From sequence record SRR31156797_886: DNA of 63,708 nt, one strand, 5' to 3'. The notes beneath the pieces were generated by a model, which made no database searches, was not told where the DNA came from, and saw nothing but the letters and a program-made list of their open reading frames with translations. The translations under genes and the position numbers were made by a program. Below are positions 1 to 10,139 of the stretch, one piece after another (within the stretch, counting starts at the first letter, position 1; every line of letters begins with the position of its first letter).

Positions 1-221
1 TCGGGCATTTTAAGTTTTTGATAGTATACCGGTAATAACCCCCATGTATCTGAATTTGTGGCATCAACAAAACTCAGCGTTCTGATTTCGGATCCGTTAA
101 AGGATGTGGTTTGAACATCATACCAGTGGAGCTGAACCATGGATGATTGTGGCAAAGCCGTCAAGGTAGTTAAAAGGAGTGCAATGAGTATTGTGCCTTT
201 ATGCAGCGTTTTGTATATCAT
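1..221 (-). CDS. 5' part of a secreted protein running off the window edge; N-terminus resembles that of PorU (probable PorU-like paralogue)
   Basis: Not in the ORF track. Read by hand from ATG at 221: MIYKTLHKGTILIALLLTTLTALPQSSMVQLHWYDVQTTSFNGSEIRTLSFVDATNSDTWGLLPVYYQKLKMP..., open to position 1. Signal peptide followed by a W...L.F..A...P.y..K+.+ pattern matching the PorU N-terminus in this window. Confidence 0.6.
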   Translation of the reverse strand, partial: MIYKTLHKGTILIALLLTTLTALPQSSMVQLHWYDVQTTSFNGSEIRTLSFVDATNSDTWGLLPVYYQKLKMP

Positions 222-291
222 TTCTTTCGTAGTTTCGTGATCGGTTCAGTTTTTATCATGTGAAATTAATTGTGGGATGGTGCAAAAACTC

Positions 292-3200
292 TTAGCGTGC
301 AATCACAAGTTTTTTAACCGCTGAAGTGGTTTGTCCCTGTTCGTTACGAAGCTGAACCCGGTATATGTAAATGCCTGCGTCGAGATAATTCCCGTTTGAG
401 GCCGTTCCATCCCATCTAATCGGACTTGCATAAAATCCGCCACTCACATTGTATTGTTGCAAAGTGGTAACAAGCCTGCCACTGAGATCGAATATTTCAA
501 TTTCCACATCCACGGTTTCGCTGGCCTGGTTGTGATTGTATTCAAAGTATGTTTCATACATGAAGGGATTTGGCCTGTTGTAAGCATTGTTGATGACGAT
601 CTGGTCGCGGTCGACAACTACAAATTTCAGGGTGGCCTCAGAAGAATTGTTAAACACATCCCAAATCCTGAAAGTCACCTCATGTTCGCCTGGAGGGAGG
701 TTGCTGAAGGGATACTGAACGGTACCGCTTTGGTAGCCTTTCAGATCAGACTCGTAAAAATCATTAAGCTTGTAAGGACGTTCGGTGTTGCCATTCAGGA
801 TGGCAGTAATATCATGTCCAATGCTGTTACCAACAGTATTAATTCCATTTTCGTCATAAACGCGGGCATACAAAACCGGGTTTTCATGGGTGATGTCTCC
901 GCTTCGGAAGGTGGTGTCGTTCATGTAAAGCAAAATTTCCGGACCTTCGGTATCCACATTTGTTTCATCGTTATAACCGCCGATTACAATATCCATGTTG
1001 TATCCGCTGGCATCAACATCACCATTTTGTGCATAGTAGCTGATTTTACCCTGGCCATAATTGTATGCAATATCTTTGGGAACAATGAACGAAAACGAAA
1101 ATTCGCCATCTGTAACACTTGTGAGCCCATTGTAAATGGTGTTTTTTCGCAACATGAAAGTCCGCGGTGAACTGGATTCATCCTGTCCAAGTGTGGTCAC
1201 TTCCGACTCTTTGTCGAAAACAATAGATTTCAAATGACCATTAAAATCCTTTTTTATATTGCCGGAACCATCGGTAACCATGCCTTCGATGGTTACTTTT
1301 GATAAAGCCCTGATGGTATCAGATTCGGCAATGGTGCCGGTTTGGTTAACGGATGTTGTCATGACCTGGTAATTCGGATAGGCAATCTTCAGGGCCGGAT
1401 CGCCGATCAGCACAAATTTTTTATCGTTGGTTGAGGATGTACTCTCCAGTTTGGCCAGCCTGATGAGGTCTCCCATAGCATAGTGTTCACCATCAATCTT
1501 TTCGAAAGCATATTTGTAAAAGCCCCTGTTCAGGCTTAAATTTGATCCGCCAAAGGTAGCTCTGGCTGTTGTAAAGAGCGAAATCCCGCCACCACCTGTA
1601 TTCAGGAAAACATATTCACCGGCCGAAATCCTTTCCGGATCATCATAGCGGGTAAACTCGCATGTTGCTGTAACAAACACGGACAATTTATCGAAGTTTG
1701 ACCATTCGTTAATGTCAGGAATTTCGAGGATTCGTTCGTGTGCCCAGCCAACTTCACCGCCATGACCTGTGTAATTCATGATGAGTGTACCTTTTTCGAT
1801 GCTTGAATTAATGGCTGCGTTCACCTCTGAATAACGCTGCCCGCCGGGTGTGGTTTCCTGCGTGTAGGCGTCAATGTAAATCTTATCAACATTATAAGCA
1901 GGGTAAGTTGTATCAATAAATGTCGCCAATTGTTCAGCCTGGTTCATGTGTGTATTGCCATCTTCATCGTCGCCAACAAAAGTCACCACATTTCTCCAGT
2001 CGCCCAGCGAATTTGATGACATCGCATAATGCAGTACCTTATCTACTGCATTTGTAGCTTCTTCGGGGGTGGCAACCACAAACCGGCCAATGCCAATATC
2101 AAGAAGGTCAGAATTATCGGTGCCTTCATCCGGATCTAAAAACCCGAAATAATCATCGGTTGCATACGAATTGATATAATGCAGTGAATTTGGCGATTCG
2201 TAGGTTGGGATAAAATTTGTATTGTTTTCCAGGCGATCTTTAAAATCATAGGATGCATCACCAAACAACAACAGGTATCTGGGCATTACATCACCCTGCT
2301 GGCCTCGTTCGTAAAACATGCGCATCAAATCCTTGATCGCCGTAATATCCTGAGCACCCGAAGAAAACTCATTATACACCTGGTCGGGAGTTACAACCAA
2401 AACTGAAAGATTCGATTGTTCCCGATGGAAATCCGCCAGCCTGTTAGCTTCAGAAAGAAAGTCGGGGTGTGAAACAATTACGTACTCTATATTTCGTGCA
2501 GCATGCAGGTTTTGATTGGCAATCTCCTGATCAAATTCAGCCGTTAGGTATTCTGATCCGTCGAAGGCGATAAATTCCCGAAGGATATTCGTTTTTAGCC
2601 TGAAGGTCGATTGGTTTCCTGAATTTGATGCCTGTACTTTTTTCACATCATTTTGTGAGGTGACTTCCCAAATGGTTACCCCTGAACCTGCACCACCAAG
2701 GTTAAACCGGGTGACATTCCCTTCTCCTACGGACGTAAGATTTCGAAATCCCATATGTGGTCCCGAAAAAATAAGGTTACGTGTCACATTCAACCTGAGA
2801 TAATCCAGCCAGCCGGTTGAACTGGAGGTGGATTTATTGTAAGTAATATTCAGGTCTAACTGACCTGTGTTCAAATTCAATCTCTCAGCGAATTCCTTGT
2901 CACGGGCATACCACCCATTTGGGTTATCCGGAGTTCCTGAAATCAGGATTGAACCCACAACATCGTTGTTCAGCGTAACTGCAAAAGTGCTTGAAAGTGT
3001 TGATTTGGCAACAGTACGGAGTTCCATGTAGTGCTCAGCAGTTGCATTAACGTTTGGAAAGCTGAATTCAAAATCATAGGATGATTGAAGGTCGAAAATT
3101 TCACCTAGCCATCTGCGTCCGGAACCAATAATATTCAGATCGTCATTTTCATGAAGGCCATAATCGTGAAAAACATTTGCAGTAAAATTGGACTCCTCAG

Positions 3201-4083
3201 AAGTTGATTCGATATTTTCGATCCTTTTGCCTTGCCCGGGTTGAGTGGTCAGGAAATAATAGGTGTAATCCGAATAGATGTTTTTTACATGTTCGAAGCC
3301 ATCAAAATCCGTAGCGGGATACCACGCTGTGGGCGATTCGCCATAAAAAAGAAAATAATCACCCTGGTTAAATACATTGTCACCGCCATCAACAACCTGA
3401 ATGGCATTTTCGAGGAGGTCGTCGGGCCTGTAATCGGCGTTAGCCTCCGGAAGGATCCCTCCGCCATTGCCATAGAGCCTTATGGAAGAAGAATTAACTC
3501 CGCTAAATGGAATTCCCATTGCAACCACTTCATCATGTGTCAAACGGTATACGCCGGTTTCCTGAACCTTGATGCGATACCAGTTTCCACTGGCAAGCAC
3601 AGAATTATCAGCGTATGTTCTCAATTCAGATCCTGATTTCAGTTTGCCGGTCTTTTCAATTTCAAGATCAAAATTCAGTAGCTTTTCAAATTTTCCGGTA
3701 GTAGGATTAATTCTGAAAGGTAAAAGCGATATTATGGCAAACGATTGATCCCTGGATGTGGCAACCTTTGACGAAATCTGTATGTCGTTGTATATTGCAA
3801 CAGGATTATCCAACAGAAAAGTTTCATGCTCAGATAGCTCTTGGTAAACAGCATTGGAAATATTTGCCCTGATTGCTCCAGCCGGATTATCTAGTTTTAT
3901 TTTTGTTTGGAACCATGGGTTTTGGCCACCTTCCAAATCATAAACTGCCCCGTCAAAATGAAGCACAGGATGATCTCCTCCCGACCTGTCATTCCAGGAA
4001 ATTTTCTGTTTAAAGGTATCAGGAGTTGCAAAGAGTGCGAGTGATACGAGTGAAAAAATGAGTGTCAGAAAGTTGTATTTCAT
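292..4083 (-). CDS. porU: Type IX secretion system sortase PorU (peptidase C25/gingipain-like, with C-terminal T9SS domain)
   Basis: SVLASGNWYRIKV...GVY, RYLLLFGDASYD, DIGIGRF, catalytic NYTGHGG and TATCEF motifs, CTD ending KKLVIAR. Divergent from porP-gldJ. Start set at M20 (4083, MKYNFLTL signal peptide). Confidence 0.93.
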   Translation of the reverse strand: MKYNFLTLIFSLVSLALFATPDTFKQKISWNDRSGGDHPVLHFDGAVYDLEGGQNPWFQTKIKLDNPAGAIRANISNAVYQELSEHETFLLDNPVAIYNDIQISSKVATSRDQSFAIISLLPFRINPTTGKFEKLLNFDLEIEKTGKLKSGSELRTYADNSVLASGNWYRIKVQETGVYRLTHDEVVAMGIPFSGVNSSSIRLYGNGGGILPEANADYRPDDLLENAIQVVDGGDNVFNQGDYFLFYGESPTAWYPATDFDGFEHVKNIYSDYTYYFLTTQPGQGKRIENIESTSEESNFTANVFHDYGLHENDDLNIIGSGRRWLGEIFDLQSSYDFEFSFPNVNATAEHYMELRTVAKSTLSSTFAVTLNNDVVGSILISGTPDNPNGWYARDKEFAERLNLNTGQLDLNITYNKSTSSSTGWLDYLRLNVTRNLIFSGPHMGFRNLTSVGEGNVTRFNLGGAGSGVTIWEVTSQNDVKKVQASNSGNQSTFRLKTNILREFIAFDGSEYLTAEFDQEIANQNLHAARNIEYVIVSHPDFLSEANRLADFHREQSNLSVLVVTPDQVYNEFSSGAQDITAIKDLMRMFYERGQQGDVMPRYLLLFGDASYDFKDRLENNTNFIPTYESPNSLHYINSYATDDYFGFLDPDEGTDNSDLLDIGIGRFVVATPEEATNAVDKVLHYAMSSNSLGDWRNVVTFVGDDEDGNTHMNQAEQLATFIDTTYPAYNVDKIYIDAYTQETTPGGQRYSEVNAAINSSIEKGTLIMNYTGHGGEVGWAHERILEIPDINEWSNFDKLSVFVTATCEFTRYDDPERISAGEYVFLNTGGGGISLFTTARATFGGSNLSLNRGFYKYAFEKIDGEHYAMGDLIRLAKLESTSSTNDKKFVLIGDPALKIAYPNYQVMTTSVNQTGTIAESDTIRALSKVTIEGMVTDGSGNIKKDFNGHLKSIVFDKESEVTTLGQDESSSPRTFMLRKNTIYNGLTSVTDGEFSFSFIVPKDIAYNYGQGKISYYAQNGDVDASGYNMDIVIGGYNDETNVDTEGPEILLYMNDTTFRSGDITHENPVLYARVYDENGINTVGNSIGHDITAILNGNTERPYKLNDFYESDLKGYQSGTVQYPFSNLPPGEHEVTFRIWDVFNNSSEATLKFVVVDRDQIVINNAYNRPNPFMYETYFEYNHNQASETVDVEIEIFDLSGRLVTTLQQYNVSGGFYASPIRWDGTASNGNYLDAGIYIYRVQLRNEQGQTTSAVKKLVIAR

Positions 4084-4390
4084 TGAATAATATGTTAATA
4101 GCTTCAAGTACCAAACATCAAAAAAAAACAGGTTGTTCAAAAGTTTGCTAATTCCTGGATTTTTTCGGCACCGGGTTAATGATTTACTTTAAAATTAAGT
4201 TCATAAAAAACGAAACATCTTCACTGATATTGCCGGATGAAACATATGGTGTATTCAGTGAAAAATAATCTTATTTTGCAGATGCGTCAGGATTGCCGTA
4301 TAGTTGATCAAGACTTTACATACGCTAAAATATCTGCATCAATAAAGAGTTATTAATCAGATAAAAGGTTGCGTACCGGGTTGCTCCATT

Positions 4391-5383
4391 ATGATTGAAA
4401 ATAATCTTAAAATATTTGTTATCCTGCTGGTTTTAAGGTTTTTTATTACCGAAACCAGTGCCCAGGATTACACTTATTCCCAGTTTTATGCCAATCCGAT
4501 CTACCTGAACCCGGCCATGGCCGGATCAGAATATTGCCCGCGATTGATATTAAACTACCGCAACCAGTGGCCCTCTTTACCAGAGTCATTTGTTTCTTAC
4601 AGTGCCTCCTTCGACAGGTATTCCGAATTTCTTTCAGGGGGTTTGGGGCTGCAATTCAATTATAATAAAAGTGGAGAAGCGGCAACCACCGAATTCCAGC
4701 TAAACGGCATGTATGCCTACAATTTTATGGTCAGCGATTTGATTGAAGCCAACCTTGCTGTGCAGGCCGGGCTGGGCAACCGCGGGCTGGACAAAGAAAA
4801 TCTTGTTTTTGGTTTCGATCCCGGAACCGGAGATCCAATAAAACCTGATTTATCGGATTACGCGGACAACATCATGTATGCTGATTTTGGAACAGGATTC
4901 CTCATTGGCTACAACGAAAAATATTTCCTTGGCGGAGCCGTGCACCATTTATCCCAGCCAAACATAAGTCTGAAAACCGGTGAAGTTTATAATTTACCCA
5001 TGAAATTTACAGTTCATGCAGGAGCCAACCTAAACACCGGCAGTAGCGGATACCGCAGAAGTTCAGGGCCACAATTGGGCGTTTCGCCAAATTTAATGTA
5101 CCAGCGGCAAGGTGAATATCAGCAGCTCAACCTCGGAACATATTTTACTTACGATCCATTTGTGGCTGGCTTTTGGTACAGACATGCCTTTGAAAACCCT
5201 GATGCCGTAATCTTATCGCTTGGTTTACAGCAAAATAACCTTCGCCTTGGATATAGTTTTGATTATACCATTTCATCCTTGTCGCTGGCAGGCGGCGGGG
5301 CTCATGAAATCTCAGTTTCGTGGGTTTTTGACTGCGATGAAAAAAGAAGGAGATCGAGAGCAATAAAATGTCCATCATTTTAG
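4391..5383 (+). CDS. PorP/SprF family type IX secretion system membrane protein
   Basis: AQD..YSQFYANPIYLNPAMAG, NYRNQWP, GYSFD, GGAHEIS motifs; signal peptide. Confidence 0.9.
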   Translation: MIENNLKIFVILLVLRFFITETSAQDYTYSQFYANPIYLNPAMAGSEYCPRLILNYRNQWPSLPESFVSYSASFDRYSEFLSGGLGLQFNYNKSGEAATTEFQLNGMYAYNFMVSDLIEANLAVQAGLGNRGLDKENLVFGFDPGTGDPIKPDLSDYADNIMYADFGTGFLIGYNEKYFLGGAVHHLSQPNISLKTGEVYNLPMKFTVHAGANLNTGSSGYRRSSGPQLGVSPNLMYQRQGEYQQLNLGTYFTYDPFVAGFWYRHAFENPDAVILSLGLQQNNLRLGYSFDYTISSLSLAGGGAHEISVSWVFDCDEKRRRSRAIKCPSF

Positions 5384-5408
5384 TTAATGTACCTGTTTTT
5401 CAAAAATC

Positions 5409-6902
5409 ATGATAATGATACTTAATTTCAAGCAGTTATTCAGTTTATTAATTATTGTTGGCTTTGCAGTGGCAATTACTTCATGCAAAGGCATTATTGG
5501 AAGCAAGAACGAGACTTCAGCAACAACCGGGTGGGAATACAATGAGCCCGACTATGGTGGTTTCCAGGTGAGTGACATAAACGAACAGGAAACAGGCCCG
5601 GGACTGGTTTTCATCCAGGGTGGTACTTTTATTATGGGTCAAATGGCCGAAGATCCACTCAACGAAATGACTGCTCCGGCACGCCGTGTTACCGTACGTT
5701 CATTTTACATGGATGAAACTGAGGTTACCAACCTTGACTACCTGGAATACCTTTACTGGTTGCAGCGCATTTTTGGAAATGAATATCCTGAAGTTTATCG
5801 CAATGCCCTTCCGGATACGCTGGTTTGGCGCGACAGGCTGGCATACAACGAGCCACTGACAACACTTTATCTTCGCCATCCGGCCTACCACGATTATCCG
5901 GTTGTTGGCGTAACATGGCTTCAGGCTTCAGATTATTGCATCTGGCGCTCCGACAGGGTAAACGAAATGCTGCTTATCAAGCAGGGTATCCTTTCTCCGG
6001 ATCCGGACCAGACTGCTAAAGAAAATTTTAACACCCAGGCATATCTTGCCGGACAATATACCGGCCTTGTTAATGAACCACTCCAGGATCTTGACCCAAC
6101 AGGAACCGGCGAACGCCGCGTTAAAATGGAAGATGGAATCCTGTTGCCTAACTACCGTCTGCCTACCGAAGCTGAATGGGAATATGCAGCATTGGGGCTT
6201 TACGGCGATTATGAGATGATCACCGAAAGAAGGATTTATCCCTGGTCAGGCCACCTGACACGTAATACCGAAGGCAAAAGCGGATATGGCGAATTCATGG
6301 CCAACTTTAAGCGTGCGCGTGGTGACTATATGGGAATTGCCGGTAGCCTGAATGATGGTGCTGACATTACTGCACCTGTGGGCATTTATCCTCCAAATGA
6401 CTTTGGCCTGTACAATATGGCAGCCAATGTTGCTGAGTGGACTCAGGATGTTTATCGTCCTTTGAGTCATGAAGATGTTGCAGATTTCAGCCCGTACCGG
6501 GGTAATGTATTTATGACTCCTCTGCTGGACGAAGAGGGTAATCTTGCAGAAAAGGACAGCCTTGGCCGTATCCGATATAGAGAAATTACTTCGAAGGAAG
6601 CTGAAGCGCGTTTTAACTATCGCGAAGCCAACAATATCAACTACCTGGATGGTGATAACCGCTCGGTAATTGATCGCGGTAAATGGACACAGGATGTGAA
6701 TAACAGCAGTTCTACTGCCGAAATGTATAACCCCGGAAGCAGTCTGATCAATGATCAGGCCCGCGTTTACAAAGGTGGCTCATGGAAAGATGGACCATTC
6801 TATCTCAGCCCGGGAGTAAGACGTTTTCTCGATCAAAGCAAAGCAACAGACTTTATTGGATTCAGATGTGCCATGGACAGGGTAGGAACACCAATCAGGT
6901 AA
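5409..6902 (+). CDS. gldJ: Gliding motility lipoprotein GldJ (SUMF1/FGE-sulfatase-like domain)
   Basis: Lipobox ITSC; SATTGWEYN..GGF, GPGLVFIQGGTF, ALPDTLVWR, YLRHPAY.DYPVVGV, RLPTEAEWEYAA, IGFRCAM. Context porU<- ->gldJ-murF. Confidence 0.88.
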   Translation: MIMILNFKQLFSLLIIVGFAVAITSCKGIIGSKNETSATTGWEYNEPDYGGFQVSDINEQETGPGLVFIQGGTFIMGQMAEDPLNEMTAPARRVTVRSFYMDETEVTNLDYLEYLYWLQRIFGNEYPEVYRNALPDTLVWRDRLAYNEPLTTLYLRHPAYHDYPVVGVTWLQASDYCIWRSDRVNEMLLIKQGILSPDPDQTAKENFNTQAYLAGQYTGLVNEPLQDLDPTGTGERRVKMEDGILLPNYRLPTEAEWEYAALGLYGDYEMITERRIYPWSGHLTRNTEGKSGYGEFMANFKRARGDYMGIAGSLNDGADITAPVGIYPPNDFGLYNMAANVAEWTQDVYRPLSHEDVADFSPYRGNVFMTPLLDEEGNLAEKDSLGRIRYREITSKEAEARFNYREANNINYLDGDNRSVIDRGKWTQDVNNSSSTAEMYNPGSSLINDQARVYKGGSWKDGPFYLSPGVRRFLDQSKATDFIGFRCAMDRVGTPIR

Positions 6903-6924
6903 TAGTATAAAATATTCATAAGCG

Positions 6925-6992
6925 AAGCTGCATCAGTTTGGTTTGTTAACAAGATGTTGGACAAACCTTTAAAAACTGATGCAGCTTTTTTT
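6925..6992 (+). terminator. Long hairpin with U-tract after gldJ
   Basis: 15-bp stem AAGCTGCATCAGTTT (6925-6939)/AAACTGATGCAGCTT (6973-6987), inner stem GGTTTGT/ACAAACC, then T-run. Confidence 0.7.
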
Positions 6993-7024
6993 ATTTTTAC
7001 TCCCTGAATTTTAGAACACGCAGT

Positions 7025-8323
7025 ATGAATCCGGAAATTTCAAAATTCTACGATCTTTACCTTAAACATCCCGTGATTTCAACCGATTCGCGTAAGATTG
7101 AACCCGGATCTTTATTTTTCGCCCTAAAGGGAGAAAACTTTGACGGGAACAAATATGCCCTTGATGCACTGAAAAAGAGGGCTGCATTTGCGATTGTTGA
7201 TGATCCATCAGTTGCATCCCACGACAGGCTTTTCAGGGTTGAAGACACATTGAAAACCCTCCAGGACCTTGCTGCTTACCACAGATCGAAACTGATGATC
7301 CCGGTAATCGGAATTACAGGAACCAACGGCAAGACCACCACAAAGGAATTGATCAAAGTTGTGCTGAATCAAAAATACCGGATATATGCCACCGCCGGGA
7401 ACCTTAACAATCATATCGGTGTTCCGCTTTCAATCCTCTCCATTGATGATTCACATGAAATGGCAGTCATTGAAATGGGTGCCAATCATACCGGTGAAAT
7501 AGCGGCTTTGTGTGAAATTTCACAACCTGATTTTGGGATCATAACAAATATTGGGAAAGCACACCTTGAAGGTTTTGGTGGTTACCATGGCGTAATCAAG
7601 GCCAAAACTGAACTTTACAATTTTATCAAAAAAAACCATGGTAAGCTCTTTGTAAATGCCGCCGACAGCCTGCTGATGGAAAAGGCCGACGGATTGAATT
7701 GCATTTATTACGGAAATGATTCCTGGACTTCAGTAGCCGGAAAAGTTGTGGGCAAGTTCCCGTTTCTTTCAGTGGAAATACTGATTCATAACGAAAAATT
7801 AGCCATTCAAACAAAACTGGTAGGCAGCTATAACCTGGCCAATATGCTGGCCGCCGCATGCATCGGGGATCACTTTGGCGTTTCGGCCGGAAAGATTGGG
7901 ATTGCACTCAGTGCTTACCAGCCTAAAAATAACCGGTCGCAGTGGCTCGAAACAGTTTCCAACAAAATTGTAATGGATGCCTACAACGCCAATCCCAGTA
8001 GCATGCTTCTGGCCCTTGAAAACTTTGTTGATGCCCCGTTTGAAAATAAAATGCTCGTACTTGGCGATATGCGTGAACTTGGCAGCGAAAGCCAGGAAGA
8101 ACACCGAAATATCCTTCAAAAAATCAGGGAGTTCAGGTTTATGGATGTTGTGCTGGTGGGGCAGGAATTTAAAAAAGCTGTCGGAAAAGACAACTTTTTC
8201 AAAGTTTTTGAAGATATAAACCAGGCGATACAGGGACTTCAAAAAACAAAACCATCCAACAAAACCATCCTGATTAAAGGCTCAAGGGGTATACAACTTG
8301 AAAAACTTCTGGAGGTGCTTTAG
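7025..8323 (+). CDS. murF: UDP-N-acetylmuramoyl-tripeptide--D-alanyl-D-alanine ligase
   Basis: STDSR, GITGTNGKTTTKEL, GNLNNHIGVP, EMGANH, DAYNANP, LGDMRELG, LIKGSRG. Confidence 0.95.
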   Translation: MNPEISKFYDLYLKHPVISTDSRKIEPGSLFFALKGENFDGNKYALDALKKRAAFAIVDDPSVASHDRLFRVEDTLKTLQDLAAYHRSKLMIPVIGITGTNGKTTTKELIKVVLNQKYRIYATAGNLNNHIGVPLSILSIDDSHEMAVIEMGANHTGEIAALCEISQPDFGIITNIGKAHLEGFGGYHGVIKAKTELYNFIKKNHGKLFVNAADSLLMEKADGLNCIYYGNDSWTSVAGKVVGKFPFLSVEILIHNEKLAIQTKLVGSYNLANMLAAACIGDHFGVSAGKIGIALSAYQPKNNRSQWLETVSNKIVMDAYNANPSSMLLALENFVDAPFENKMLVLGDMRELGSESQEEHRNILQKIREFRFMDVVLVGQEFKKAVGKDNFFKVFEDINQAIQGLQKTKPSNKTILIKGSRGIQLEKLLEVL

Positions 8324-9382
8324 GTGAAATACATATCTTCTATCGGGATGATGTCGGGCACTTCGCTGGATGGCGTGGATATCGCCTTTTGCCGGTTTAC
8401 AGGAGATTTCTACAACCTGCAATGGGATATACCAATAGCCGAAACAATCCCATATCCTGATTTGTGGAAATCAAAACTCTCAACAGCACAGGACTTATCT
8501 GCCACTGAAATGACATACCTTGATTTTGAATATGGCCGGTTACTCGGAAAACTGGCAAAATCATTTATCGCCAAAAACAAGCTCAGACCAGATTTTATTG
8601 CATCACACGGACATACCGTTTTTCATCAACCAAACATTGGATATACCCTTCAAGTTGGCCATGGCGGAACAATTGCCGCAGAAACGAGGCTCAAGGTCAT
8701 TAGTGATTTCAGGTCATTGGATGTTGCGCTGGGTGGACAGGGCGCACCGCTTGTCCCAATCGGCGACAGGCTACTTTTTAGTGATTATGCAGCTTGCCTC
8801 AATCTGGGTGGTTTTTCTAATATTTCATACGAAAACAAAGGAAAAAGAATTGCTTTTGACATTTGCCCGGTGAATATCGTCCTCAACCATTATGCACAGA
8901 AATTGGGATATGACTTTGACGAAGGTGGCCAAATTGCCTCCTCAGGACAACTGAATATTAAGCTTTTGGAAAAACTGAATTCCCTGGACCATTACCAACA
9001 GTCGCCACCAAAATCATTGGGTAGGGAATGGTTAGAAAAAAATATTCTACCAATATTTAATGGCTTTAAAATTAAACCAACTGACATCTTAAGAACCTTC
9101 ACCGAACATATTGCATTCCAGATTCATGAATCTACAAAGGGCATGGTTCGGGGTAAAATACTCATCACTGGTGGCGGTACCGAAAATAACTTTCTCATTT
9201 CAAGGGTTAAAGCATATACAAATCATGAAATTGTAATTCCAGATAAAAAGCTGGTCCACTTTAAGGAAGCCCTGATTTTTGCCCTGCTGGGCTATTTAAG
9301 ATTGGAAAAGCGTGTGAATACACTGGCATCGGTTACCGGAGCCAGTCGCGATAGTTCCGGTGGTTGCATTTACGGTTCCTGA
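8324..9382 (+). CDS. anmK: Anhydro-N-acetylmuramic acid kinase
   Basis: GMMSGTSLDGVD, SHGHTVFH, GGQGAPLVP, LNLGGFSNI, KEALIFA; GTG start abutting the murF stop. Confidence 0.93.
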   Translation: MKYISSIGMMSGTSLDGVDIAFCRFTGDFYNLQWDIPIAETIPYPDLWKSKLSTAQDLSATEMTYLDFEYGRLLGKLAKSFIAKNKLRPDFIASHGHTVFHQPNIGYTLQVGHGGTIAAETRLKVISDFRSLDVALGGQGAPLVPIGDRLLFSDYAACLNLGGFSNISYENKGKRIAFDICPVNIVLNHYAQKLGYDFDEGGQIASSGQLNIKLLEKLNSLDHYQQSPPKSLGREWLEKNILPIFNGFKIKPTDILRTFTEHIAFQIHESTKGMVRGKILITGGGTENNFLISRVKAYTNHEIVIPDKKLVHFKEALIFALLGYLRLEKRVNTLASVTGASRDSSGGCIYGS

Positions 9383-10086
9383 TCAATTTCAGTAAATGCC
9401 TTTCGGGCATTATAAACAAAGTCCGAAACCAATCGCTGATCTTTTAAACCAGCCCGATTTTCAACACCTGTATGCACATCCACACCTGCCGGCCGGGTAG
9501 CACGAACGGCATCACCAACATTTCCGGGATTCAGACCGCCTGCAATGATCACAGGTTTTTGACTTTTACGAATGATCTCCCGGCTAATATTCCAGTCGTG
9601 GGTTTTTCCGGTTGCCCCTGAAGCTCCTGTATCCGGATCAAAAGTATCCGTGATGAAGGTATCAACATGACCCACAAATTCTTTCAATTCAGCAAAAGAT
9701 CGATCCGGATATTGCGGGTGGATTACGAGACTTTTCCAGATTTCGATTCCGGGCATGACCATGCGCAGTTTCTTTATTTCGGAGATGGAGACCTTTCCGT
9801 GTAATTGTACTATCCGGCAGCCCAAATTATCCATCATTGCCCTGATCTGACCGGCCTTATTATAATAGGTGATCAAAACCGGGAACACATTCCCGGGTAG
9901 CTTACGAATAATTGATGAAGCCTCCTCCACAGAAGTATCCTCAGCATGATAATCCAATCCCATAGGGAACCCCAGATGGGTGGCTCCCGATTCCGCAATT
10001 ATCTGTGCTTCTTCGATATTTTTTACACCTGCTATCTGTATAAAATGTCTCAAAATTGATAGTGTATCTTCGGGTTTAATATGCAA
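9370..10086 (-). CDS. trpF: Phosphoribosylanthranilate isomerase (TrpF family), stand-alone; start uncertain (TTG 10086 or 10053)
   Basis: VQLHG, GATGKTHDW, IIAGGLNPGNV, GVDVHTGVE...KD motifs. Overlaps the anmK 3' end by 13 bp. Confidence 0.8.
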   Translation of the reverse strand: MHIKPEDTLSILRHFIQIAGVKNIEEAQIIAESGATHLGFPMGLDYHAEDTSVEEASSIIRKLPGNVFPVLITYYNKAGQIRAMMDNLGCRIVQLHGKVSISEIKKLRMVMPGIEIWKSLVIHPQYPDRSFAELKEFVGHVDTFITDTFDPDTGASGATGKTHDWNISREIIRKSQKPVIIAGGLNPGNVGDAVRATRPAGVDVHTGVENRAGLKDQRLVSDFVYNARKAFTEIDQEP

Positions 10087-10117
10087 AAAAAAATCCCGGC
10101 AAAAATACCGGGATTTT
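10085..10117 (-). terminator. Intrinsic terminator downstream of the NhaD gene
   Basis: A9 run, then stem AAAATCCCGG/CCGGGATTTT; the U-tract is on the minus strand. Confidence 0.75.
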
Positions 10118-10139
10118 AGTAACTCCTCTCCACGCTGCG

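Noticed and set aside
454-1170. 238-aa plus-strand ORF, and the many other 60-200-aa ORFs antisense to or nested in called genes (e.g. 11026-11592, 12240-12848, 34265-34714)
   Set aside because: Shadow frames of well-supported genes; no recognisable motifs or independent expression signals.
5409-6902. Calling the SUMF1-type lipoprotein GldK/PorK because it follows a porP-like gene
   Set aside because: Sequence motifs and the porU/murF context match GldJ, and no porL/porM/porN follow.
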